Position numbers and translations under genes: made by a program. A stretch of 32,000 nucleotides of DNA from Desulfobulbus propionicus DSM 2032 (lineage in GTDB: Bacteria; Desulfobacterota; Desulfobulbia; Desulfobulbales; Desulfobulbaceae), in contig NC_014972.1 of the NCBI RefSeq assembly GCF_000186885.1, positions 240,001 through 272,000 on the forward strand, read 5' to 3'. Every line of letters starts with the position of its first letter. Position 1 is the first letter of the stretch. Under the pieces are notes generated by a model, which made no database searches, had not been told where the DNA came from, and worked only from the letters and a program-made list of their open reading frames with translations. This document shows positions 16,737-24,873 of the stretch, piece after piece.

Positions 16737-17867
16737 TATTGACCGAATGGATAAATAGTTAAATTACCAGTGGGCTGTTAGCTCAAAATCGTGTATTCTT
16801 TTCGCATGGAAAAGATCGATGCACGAACACATAACCAGCAGACCCAATACGAGTTGCGCAAGCAGGTTGTCAGGCTCCGAAAGCGTGGTTTTTCGAACAA
16901 AGAAACGGCTGAACTCGTTGGCATCTCCGCGGCACATGCCAGTACGATCTGGAGCAAGTATTCGCGAGACGGCATTGAGGCAATCAAACCGGGTAAGCGC
17001 GGCCGCCGACATGGAACCCAGCGGGTTCTTGAGGCTAACCAGGAAACGGCAGTGCAAAACATGCTTGTGGATAAGGCCCCGAATCAATTGAAGTTGCCGT
17101 TTGCTTTGTGGACTCGGGACGCTGTCCGTCTGGCGATCAAGCGAGAGTTTGGCCTTGAATTGCCGCTGCGTACCATCACCGACTATCTCAAACGATGGGG
17201 CTTTACTCCGCAAAAGCCAGCGAAACGAGCCTACGAGCAGAATCCGGAAAAGTTGAAGCAGTGGCTTGAGCAAGGATACCCAGAAATTGCCGACCGAGCG
17301 AAACAAGAGAAGGCGGAGATTCATTGGGGAGACGAGACTGGGGTGAACAACGAGGCGTATAACGCCCGAGGCTTTGCGCCCAGGGGAAAAACACCGATTG
17401 TCCGGTTGCATGCCAAGCGAAGCAGCATCAACATGATCTCGTCGATCACCAACCAGGGCAAAGTCCGCTTCATGCTGTATCGAGAAACGATGACCGCACC
17501 GGTGCTGATCAAGTTCATGTCCCGGTTGATCAAGGATGTGGAGAAGAAGGTCTTCCTGATTCTGGACAATCACCGGGTGCATCATAGCAAACGGGTGAAG
17601 AAATGGCTTGATGAGCATCAACAGTGGATTGAAGTCTTCTTTTTGCCACCTTATGCGCCGGAACACAACCCTGACGAATATCTGAACGGAGACCTGAAGC
17701 AACGGATACGCTCCGGTCTTCCTTCCAGGAGCCAGGAAGATTTGGCAAAGAAAACCAGGTCGTTCATGAAGACTTTGCAGCGACGACCTGAACATGTCAG
17801 AAATTACTTCAACCATCAACTTGTTCGTTATGCCGCATGATTTCGATATTTATTCACCGGAGTAATA
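16737..17867 (+). mobile_element. IS630-family insertion sequence (about 1.13 kb)
   Basis: A single DDE transposase ORF is flanked by imperfect 28-bp terminal inverted repeats. The left repeat is TATTGACCGAATGGATAAATAGTTAAAT. The reverse complement of the right repeat is TATTACTCCGGTGAATAAATATCGAAAT. They match at 19/28 positions without gaps. TA is present at both ends, consistent with the family's TA target duplication. Confidence 0.75.
16806..17840 (+). CDS. IS630-family DDE transposase
   Basis: N-terminal HTH (GFSNKETAELVGIS). Catalytic triad context is HWGDETGVN, LILDNHRVHHS and PPYAPEHNPDEYLNGDLK. An alternative GTG start exists at 16791. Confidence 0.9.
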   Translation: MEKIDARTHNQQTQYELRKQVVRLRKRGFSNKETAELVGISAAHASTIWSKYSRDGIEAIKPGKRGRRHGTQRVLEANQETAVQNMLVDKAPNQLKLPFALWTRDAVRLAIKREFGLELPLRTITDYLKRWGFTPQKPAKRAYEQNPEKLKQWLEQGYPEIADRAKQEKAEIHWGDETGVNNEAYNARGFAPRGKTPIVRLHAKRSSINMISSITNQGKVRFMLYRETMTAPVLIKFMSRLIKDVEKKVFLILDNHRVHHSKRVKKWLDEHQQWIEVFFLPPYAPEHNPDEYLNGDLKQRIRSGLPSRSQEDLAKKTRSFMKTLQRRPEHVRNYFNHQLVRYAA

Positions 17868-17872
17868 AAACC

Positions 17873-19153
17873 TCACCGGTTCAGTGGGTTGTGCATGCCC
17901 GGGTGATCGTCATAGCTCTGGGCGGCATGGACATAAATCATGGTGGTGTTGATATCCTGGTGCCCGGCCAGCTTTTGGATGTCCTGCAACTTCACCCCTT
18001 CCTGCGCAAGCATGGTGAAGGCGGTATGCCTTAGGGCGTGTGGGCTCAGTGTCGCCTCTTCCCTACTGATCTTGGCCTTCACTAGGTACTTCTTGACCAC
18101 GTTCTCAACGGCCTTTACTGACAGTGGCTGGTGCTTCCGGTCCCGGCGAATAACCAGCTCCTGGTTGTTGCGGTCATAGATGAAGGGGAGAAACACCGGC
18201 GTCTCTCCATCAACCGTCACCCCCTGCCGGCCGACGGTATCCAGCCAGTCGTCAAAGGCACGAAGAGCCCGGCCGCTCAAAATGATGGCCGTCTTCGGCC
18301 GGTTTTGGAACTTCCCCTTTCGATCCACGATCCAGGCCTTTTGCTGCCCCTTCACCCGCTCCCGCTCAAGGTTCTTGTGCCGCAGGCCGGCCACCTCATT
18401 GGCCCGCAGGCCGTACACCAGAATGAGCAGCAGCAGGGCATAGTCACGCTTGCCGATGGCGGTCCGCTTGTTGACCTGCTTCAGTAGCCGCTCCGATTCC
18501 GCCGTTGACAGCACGCTGTAGTAGCCCTTGTCCTTCTTCGGGAATATCAGTTTTAGCCCCTTGAAAAAGATAGGGTTCTTGAACTTCCGGTTTTCCCGCT
18601 CGACAAACTTGAAAAAGCGGTTGAGGGCAACGAACTTGTTCCAGATCGTTGAATCCTTGTGGCGCTTTTCGTTTCGCAGGTGATCCCGGTATGCAAGGAT
18701 GGCCTGGATATCGATCTCGGCAAGGTCCTTACCGGCCCAGGTGAAGAACAGCTTGACCTGGTTCTCGTAACTGCGCCGGGTGTTTTTGGTGTTTTGCTCG
18801 GCAAGGAAGGAGGCCAGGTATTTTTTGAACTCGTCACTGGCGGCGCCCTTGTGCGTCTTGAAGGTATCGAGGCTTTCAATCGGGTTTACGAAGCCTTTAA
18901 CGGCCGTTGCAACGAACTTGAAAAAATTGTTCAGGATGGAGAATTTCCGTTTCGTCGTTGCCGGGCTGTGCTGCACTGCAAGGTGGCCCTGGTACTCATG
19001 CAGGGCGGCCGCATCGACCTGGTTGATGTCGAGGCCTTTAAAGTCGAAGAACTGCTGAATCTCGGAACGATAGACGCGCTGGCTGCCGCCTTTGTACTTG
19101 GCCAGGTACTTCGCAAACAACTTTTGCCCTTTTGCAGTGTCAAGAAATGCCAT
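17873..19153 (-). CDS. Tyrosine recombinase (phage integrase family) with a duplicated N-terminal SAM-like core-binding domain
   Basis: The C-terminal catalytic domain is intact (GLRANEVAGL, HALRHTAFT, LAGHQDINTTMIYVH). Residues about 10-85 and about 105-185 form an internal repeat (..KYLA..Y...I..FF...D..D..A...Y..HL....T...KF..LN.FFKFV). Confidence 0.85.
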   Translation of the reverse strand: MAFLDTAKGQKLFAKYLAKYKGGSQRVYRSEIQQFFDFKGLDINQVDAAALHEYQGHLAVQHSPATTKRKFSILNNFFKFVATAVKGFVNPIESLDTFKTHKGAASDEFKKYLASFLAEQNTKNTRRSYENQVKLFFTWAGKDLAEIDIQAILAYRDHLRNEKRHKDSTIWNKFVALNRFFKFVERENRKFKNPIFFKGLKLIFPKKDKGYYSVLSTAESERLLKQVNKRTAIGKRDYALLLLILVYGLRANEVAGLRHKNLERERVKGQQKAWIVDRKGKFQNRPKTAIILSGRALRAFDDWLDTVGRQGVTVDGETPVFLPFIYDRNNQELVIRRDRKHQPLSVKAVENVVKKYLVKAKISREEATLSPHALRHTAFTMLAQEGVKLQDIQKLAGHQDINTTMIYVHAAQSYDDHPGMHNPLNR

Positions 19154-19156
19154 ACG

Positions 19157-19543
19157 CTACCCGTCTTGCTCCTCTGCGCCGCCCTGCTTTCCCTGCTGTT
19201 CATCAGCAGCCTCACCAAGGATCGTCCACACCTGCCTTTCGCAAACCCCGGTAAGTGATGACAGCTCATGAGCGGTAATATTGCCCTGATCGTAAATCGA
19301 ACGCATGATGACGTTGCGCCACAACCTGATGAACTTATCCGGCTTGCGAAGGTATAGATGCTGGCCAGGGAACACTTGAGCCAGCAGCAAGGTCAGCCGC
19401 ACGCCATCGCCTGGCATGTGCTCATCAATGGCGGTTGCAACGGTTTTCAGCTCACCGGGAAGGTCGCTGATCTTCGGGAGGAAGTCCTTTGGCAGATGTA
19501 CCACCGGCGGCCGCAGGCAGCGCAACACATCGCGATTATCCAT
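19157..19543 (-). CDS. Mor-family (Mu middle operon regulator-like) transcriptional activator, paralog 1
   Basis: ELKTVATAIDEHMPGDGVRLTLLLAQVFPGQHLYLRKPDKFIRLWRNVIMRSIYDQGNITAHELSSLTGVCERQVWTIL fits the Mor layout, with a C-terminal HTH. The preferred start is the ATG at 19543 (MDNRD...), which overlaps the upstream gene's stop (ATGGATAA). Confidence 0.7.
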   Translation of the reverse strand: MDNRDVLRCLRPPVVHLPKDFLPKISDLPGELKTVATAIDEHMPGDGVRLTLLLAQVFPGQHLYLRKPDKFIRLWRNVIMRSIYDQGNITAHELSSLTGVCERQVWTILGEAADEQQGKQGGAEEQDG

Positions 19544-20009
19544 TGTCCTGCTCCTCTGCGCCGCCCTTCTTGCGCTCGACAATCTTTCCCAGGGCATAGT
19601 ATGCCTTTTGCGCCTGCTTGCGGTCCATGGTGCGAAAATCCTCCACCTTGATCCATTTCTCGAGCCAACCCTTGATTTCTTCTTTGCTCCATCCCAGGTC
19701 CCTGAACATCAAACGGATATCCATGACATGGTAGTGGCTCGGCAGCGTCTCTCCGCCTTCAACCTCGTTTTCTCGTGGTGGCGGAAGCGGTCCGGTCCGG
19801 ACCGTCTGCCCGGTCATCTTGCCAATCATGAAGAGCTCTTCCTGCTTTGACAATGCCGTCAAGCTCGGTATCCCCGTCAAGTCTGCCGCCAATCGGTACA
19901 CCTCGTCTTGCGAAAATCCGTGCTTTCTCCCCTGGAAATGAAGGGATTTGATCAGCTGCTTCGGGATGGGCTCAAACACCTTGATAGGCCGTTTCATCGT
20001 CAATTCCAT
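19536..20009 (-). CDS. GemA/gp16-like (DUF1018-type) regulatory protein
   Basis: IKSLHFQGRKHGFSQDEVYRLAADLTGIPSLTALSKQEELFMIGKM and HVMDIRLMFRDLGWSKEEIKGWLEKWIKVEDFRTMDRKQAQKAYYALGKI match the two-block pattern I recall for Mu GemA-family proteins. The start is uncertain (ATG 20009 or ATG 19997). Confidence 0.6.
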   Translation of the reverse strand: MELTMKRPIKVFEPIPKQLIKSLHFQGRKHGFSQDEVYRLAADLTGIPSLTALSKQEELFMIGKMTGQTVRTGPLPPPRENEVEGGETLPSHYHVMDIRLMFRDLGWSKEEIKGWLEKWIKVEDFRTMDRKQAQKAYYALGKIVERKKGGAEEQDNG

Positions 20010-20032
20010 GTGGGGGGTGTTTTTTCAAAAAC

Positions 20033-20300
20033 CTGCACCATCTACACCATTTCATCGTAAAATACTGTTTTTCCGTTTAATTTCGTGGTGTAGATCATAT
20101 TGACGATCTACACCACGGTTGAGAATTTACATTTTTATTCAGGCGGTTAGATAGGCATCGTGGATCCACACCACCTGAAGAGGATCTACACCACGTGGTG
20201 TAGGTCAAAAGGGGATGTACACCACGCCTACACCAGGGATATACACCAAACAAATATAATAAAATTATATATTTATAAAGAAATGGTGTAAAGGTGTAGG
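20033..20300. repeat. Iteron-like array: at least 11 copies of (GAT)CTACACCAC in both orientations plus an AT-rich tract; candidate origin or regulatory hub
   Basis: Direct copies at 20042, 20107, 20165 (variant), 20185, 20216 (variant), 20227 and 20240 (variant). Inverted copies at 20085, 20195, 20284 (variant) and 20292 (variant). An 18-bp perfect palindrome CTACACCACGTGGTGTAG lies at 20186-20203. The AT-rich block is 20250-20283. Confidence 0.75.
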
Positions 20301-20376
20301 CATTTTCACATATACGCCCTGTTTTTTTTAGCCACCAACGAAAAAAATAGGTTTGCGGGCAGTTTGGGAATTATTA

Positions 20377-20589
20377 TCACAGTGTCCTTTTTTGCACCCC
20401 CCCCTTTTTACCCATGACCCTCCCCTGATTTTTCGACCAAAAACTGGCACCCCTTACCACTCCCTTTTCCAGGGCAGGCTGTTTCAACTTGCCGAGATGG
20501 AGTAAAGTCCCAGGGAAACTGATTCCTTTTTCGGTCATCTTTATCCTTGCCTTGACCGTTTTGCCTTTCCGCTTCTGTATCAATTTCAC
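20377..20589 (-). CDS. Possible small basic protein (70 aa), uncertain
   Basis: GTG start preceded by GGAGAGG and overlapping the Mor2 stop (GTGA). The product is very K/R-rich. No motif is recognised, and it could be spurious. Confidence 0.3.
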   Translation of the reverse strand: MKLIQKRKGKTVKARIKMTEKGISFPGTLLHLGKLKQPALEKGVVRGASFWSKNQGRVMGKKGGVQKRTL

Positions 20590-20945
20590 TGTCGCCTCTC
20601 CAGTTGTTCACTTGTTCCCGTTTTCATGTTTTTGGTAGCTGGGCTCGCCAGTATTTTTTCGACAGTGCGCATGCTGAGGCGGAATTTGGTGGCCAAAACT
20701 TTTGCAGTACATCCTCCTTGGTCATATTCGGCGCGGATACAATCATGCTGCCATGCGGTGATGAATCGCTTAACACTGCGGAAATAGACGGGCTGCCCGT
20801 GGAAAATCTGTGCGAGCAGCAAGGTAAGACGTACCCCGCTGCCTGGAAGATGCTCCTCGATAGCATCCGCCACCCGCCGCAAATCACCGGGCATGTCCTC
20901 AATTGGCGGATAGTACTGTTCAGGCAAATGTACAATTTCAAGCAT
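20586..20945 (-). CDS. Mor-family transcriptional activator, paralog 2
   Basis: DLRRVADAIEEHLPGSGVRLTLLLAQIFHGQPVYFRSVKRFITAWQHDCIRAEYDQGGCTAKVLATKFRLSMRTVEKIL aligns by eye with paralog 1. The preferred start is the ATG at 20945. The track begins at a TTG at 20960. Confidence 0.7.
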   Translation of the reverse strand: MLEIVHLPEQYYPPIEDMPGDLRRVADAIEEHLPGSGVRLTLLLAQIFHGQPVYFRSVKRFITAWQHDCIRAEYDQGGCTAKVLATKFRLSMRTVEKILASPATKNMKTGTSEQLERRQ

Positions 20946-21032
20946 GATAGATTTTTCCAATTTTCTCTCAATTTATGCAAGTTCAGGCATTGCTTTTGAA
21001 TACATCGAGGCCGCCAGTCACATCGTTTTCAT

Positions 21033-22052
21033 TTACAGAAAAGAAGGTTTCCCTTCTTGAATATTGATCCCAAGGCCCATAAGCCGTCCAATTTCTGCAT
21101 CAATTTTTTCCTGAATATCGCTTCCATTAAACTTGAAGAGCATGCCGGGCATATCTGTGATATCGTGCGCCATGCAGGTATCCAACCGGAACGATGGAAT
21201 GCTGAAACTGCGGGTGTATGGCCCGAATACCTCTTTTCGCGCTCCGCACCTCTCGATAACAGAGGATAGCGCAATCACCTTGGAGTATGCCGCCGCAAGG
21301 TTGCCGGCCTGCTTCACATACTCTCCACCGGCCTTTTCCAGCTCCTGTTCAAGAAATATCGCCAGGCCGTCAAAAAGGTTCCGTTCGGCAATGGCAACTT
21401 CATTTTTTGCTTGCACAAGCTTCCGTTTGAGACCCGGTATTTTCTCGGAAGCTGCGGCAATCTCTTTGTCCAGCCTGCAACGTAGACCTTTCTCTTTTGA
21501 TATTTCGAGGGTGAGCGAATCGAGGTGTTCTTGGTTTATTGATTCCCCGCAAGCGATATCGGCAATCAGGTCCTCTCTTTCCCTGATCATCTTGGCCAGT
21601 GTGTCGTTGTTCCCTTGTTTGGCAACAGCTAGACGTTCTTCTTCCTCAGCAATCAGGTCCTCAATTTTTTGAATCTTCTGAGCTCCATCGTTGACCGCTT
21701 CTTGCATGGGCAAGAGGTCTTCGACGGTTATCTTCTGCTCAAGGGCGTCAAGCTGCTCCTGAAGGTCGTTCAGCCGTGCGTCAATCTGCGCTTTCTTATC
21801 TTTGCAGGCCTGCATCTTTGAATCAGCACTGTCTACCGTCTCCTTGAAGTTGCGATAATCGGCCTTAACATGCCCGGGCCACATGCTCTCATCGGTTCCA
21901 TACCTTGACTTCATGGACTCAATGCGCGTCTGTGCATCCCCTCGCTCCCGATACATCACGTCGAGAGATGGGAGCTTATCAAGACCTCTCCGGGTCCGTT
22001 TGATTTCTTCCAACAATGCGCGTTTCTTCTCAATGACTTGTGCAAAACTCAT
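21033..22052 (-). CDS. Hypothetical coiled-coil protein (339 aa)
   Basis: ATG at 22052 preceded by GAGGGG, 21 nt after the primase-helicase stop. It has long heptad-like, E/K/Q-rich stretches. No catalytic motif is recognised. Confidence 0.7.
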   Translation of the reverse strand: MSFAQVIEKKRALLEEIKRTRRGLDKLPSLDVMYRERGDAQTRIESMKSRYGTDESMWPGHVKADYRNFKETVDSADSKMQACKDKKAQIDARLNDLQEQLDALEQKITVEDLLPMQEAVNDGAQKIQKIEDLIAEEEERLAVAKQGNNDTLAKMIREREDLIADIACGESINQEHLDSLTLEISKEKGLRCRLDKEIAAASEKIPGLKRKLVQAKNEVAIAERNLFDGLAIFLEQELEKAGGEYVKQAGNLAAAYSKVIALSSVIERCGARKEVFGPYTRSFSIPSFRLDTCMAHDITDMPGMLFKFNGSDIQEKIDAEIGRLMGLGINIQEGKPSFL

Positions 22053-22075
22053 CGTTTTTCCCCTCTGTTTTCGCC

Positions 22076-24873
22076 TCAGCGATTTGATTTTTCCCGCCTG
22101 AACACCCTGCTCAGGCGATGCCGTCGTTCCCCGTTGTATTTCGTTGCTTCGCGCTCAAATATCCATCCCGCTTTCCGCAACACCTCTATGGAGTCGGTTA
22201 TTCTGGCCCCAAGCTGTGATGGTGATTTAAACGGGTTGGCAATGCCCCGATCCTTGGCCAGCCAGTCAAAGGCCCTGAAAATGGTGCCTGTCGAAGCTGT
22301 AAAGACGACCTTCTTCAGCTCGTTGCCGTCCCGATCCGCATTTACCTTGATACCGTATTCTTGCTCGAATCGATCCGGCCTGATTTCGTATTCTTTGAGC
22401 AAGGACTCAATGCCGTAGAGTATCCGGTTGGTCTCTGCCTCGGTGGCAAAGGCCCGCTGGTTCTGGTTGCGAATCCATTCGTCCAGTATCCACCGCGCTT
22501 CGGTGTTGCCGGTCTGGTCTTTTACCTGCGAGATGTACTTGACCACCTCTTGCAAGATGATGAAGAGCATGGCATACAGCTCGTTGAGGCGTTTTTTCGA
22601 GTGCGCCGGATAATCGGTGCGGAGGACCTTCAGGGCGTCGGATTTCTTCTCATCGATCCCGGGCAGGATGTCGTTGGCGATGATTTTGAAGATCGTGCTC
22701 CAAATCAGGTCCCTGGACTCGCGAAGGTCGGACTCGACCGCGATTGATTCCCGGAAATTCGGGTTGTGGAACTTCTTGTCGAAGAGGATCTCGTTGGTTC
22801 GTTCGATCAACTCCGGCTCGGAAAACGGCTCAATGGATGTCACCAGCAGTTGGGTGCAAGAGCGCTCGTATACGTTGTCAGAATCGCTTCCAGCCTTCCG
22901 CTTCTGCCGGGTGATACCCGTGGCCGCAGTCAACAAGAAATCGCGTTTGCCGCCCTTCACCGCGTCCGACTCGAGGTTGTCCGAAATGGTCAGCGGAGAG
23001 ATGGCCGCCTCGGAAAAATCAGAGGCGGCCGAACCAGTGGTAACGCAGTCCTCACCGTAGATGAGCGTGGAGAGCATCGACGCCGCCGATGTCTTGCCGC
23101 ACCCCTTGGTGCCTGAAAACTTGGTGATACCCCTGGCCTTGACGTATTGCAGCAGCACAACGTTGAAGATCAGGCACACCACGAAGTATTTGTCCGCCAG
23201 GTCGCACGCCAGGTTGTCGAAGATGTGGGCCTTGATGCTGGCCATACCCTTCTTCACGTCGGCGTCATGGAGATAGCGCAGGGGGTGCATTTTTGGTGAA
23301 TTGCGGAGCAGCACCCGCTCGGAGTTGGTGCCATTGGGGACCACCTCTATCTTTCTAGGGCCGATTTTGAGCAGGGTGGTGTTCTCCCCGCACAGGTTGA
23401 AATAGACGGTGTTTTCCTTGAAGTTGGTGAAGATCCAACCCGGTACCGAAGTGTGATCCCCCCTCAGGTAGGCCTGGCTTTCGATGTTCTGAACGACCAT
23501 CCTGGCGCCGATGTTGGCCGCATTAATACCGGCCTCACTGTAGAGCAGGGCCTTGAACGGTGTGTTGGCGCCGATTTTGTAAATTCGGTTGTTGAAGTAG
23601 AGGTGGCAGTCTTCGCCGTCGATGAAGAACTTGCCCTTGGCCTGGAACCACTCGAAGCAGATCTTGCCGAAGGTGTCATAGTCGAACTTCCCCTCTTGCT
23701 GGTTGACGTGCTGCGAGTACCAGGACTTCAGCTCAGTCAACGGCGGATAGTAGCGCTCCGCCCCTTTCATCAGCGATTCGAGCACGTCCGCCGGCTTGTC
23801 CTGGCCGCGCAGGTGCTCATCAATGTCTTTCACCTCACGGTCAAAGCGCACCAGGCGAACTTCGGCCGCCTCTGTTTGCATGAGCCTGGCCAGCGTCGGC
23901 GGCAGGCAGTGTTCCCGCAGCGCCTGGCACACGCTGTCGGTGTATTTCTGCCCGGCTGTGTCGTTGTCGAAGCAGAGGTATAGCTTCCGCCCCGGCGCCC
24001 ATGATTTCAGGTAGTCGAGCTGGGCCTTTGATATCTGGCCGTTGATGGCCGCCACGTTGGCCAGGCCGCCCCGTCCATGCACCGTGAGCAGGTCATTCTC
24101 GCCCTCTACAAGGAAAACTTCCTTCCCGGCGAAGCCGACATGTTGAAGAACAGAGTGCCCCCCTCAAGCCAATATTCGGCCGGCAAGCGGTACTTGTACT
24201 TCTTGCGCTGATCCTTGATGGTGAACCCGGCCACCTGGTTGTGCCGGTCCCGGTGCGGATAGATGAACAGGTCACGGCAGAAGAAATCCTGCATCCGGCC
24301 ATCGTTGGGTTTCCCCAGGCCGGATGCAACGATGGCCTCATCGGTGAAACCTTCGGCCTTGAGGTGATCACAGAGCCGGCCGTCGGTGTAGCCCACCATG
24401 AAGGCCACCAGCGTCTTGTCAGCATGGCACCGCTTGCCGTGCTGATAGCCCAAGGCCCGGTGATCCTTCATCAGGGTTTCGTGGTAGTAGAGGGCGGCCT
24501 TGGTGAAGATGCGGCGGCGGCCGTCGCGCTGCTGCTCTTCCTCAGGGCTCAGCTTTGGTTGATCCTTGGCCCCGGTCAACTCGTGGCCGTGGTACTCGGC
24601 CAGAGTCTTGAGCGCCTGGTGCTTATCGCACTGGTTAAGGCGTTGGATGAAATCGTAGATGTCGCCGTCATTATCGCCAGGGGCACACAGTTGGAAGCAG
24701 TGCCACCGCTGCTTTGATGGCGTGATGCGGAAGCAGTCGTGCCCCCCGCAGAAGGGGCACGATGCAAGGTTGATGGTATCGGCGCCGGCATTGGTGGTCG
24801 CCATGCCGGTAACCTGGCGGATGTACTCCGCCAGGTCGGTGCGGTCTTTGAGAAGGGCGAAGTCGTCTGTCAT
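22076..24873 (-). pseudogene. Bifunctional primase-helicase (zf-CHC2, TOPRIM, P-loop NTPase), split by a frameshift
   Basis: The upstream ORF (24106-24873) carries the CHC2 zinc finger (CPFCGGHDCFRI...WHCF). The TOPRIM acidic motif VFLVEGENDLLTV is encoded in the downstream ORF's frame but upstream of its first start codon. The DxD part (LCFDNDTAGQ) and Walker A (GTKGCGKTS) are in ORF 22076-24082. The frame change must occur within 24109-24163, and a C6 run (G6 on the coding strand) lies at 24158-24163. Confidence 0.8.

Noticed and set aside
20033-20300. Repeat array considered as a CRISPR array.
   Set aside because: The repeats are only 9-12 bp long, occur in both orientations, are irregularly spaced and sometimes abut each other. 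There are no uniform spacers and no cas genes. The array fits iterons or operators better.
24106-24166. Programmed -1 ribosomal frameshift producing two primase isoforms.
   Set aside because: There is no X-XXY-YYZ slippery heptamer in the 55-nt window where the shift must occur. A homopolymer indel is the simpler explanation. I could not evaluate downstream pseudoknots rigorously by eye.
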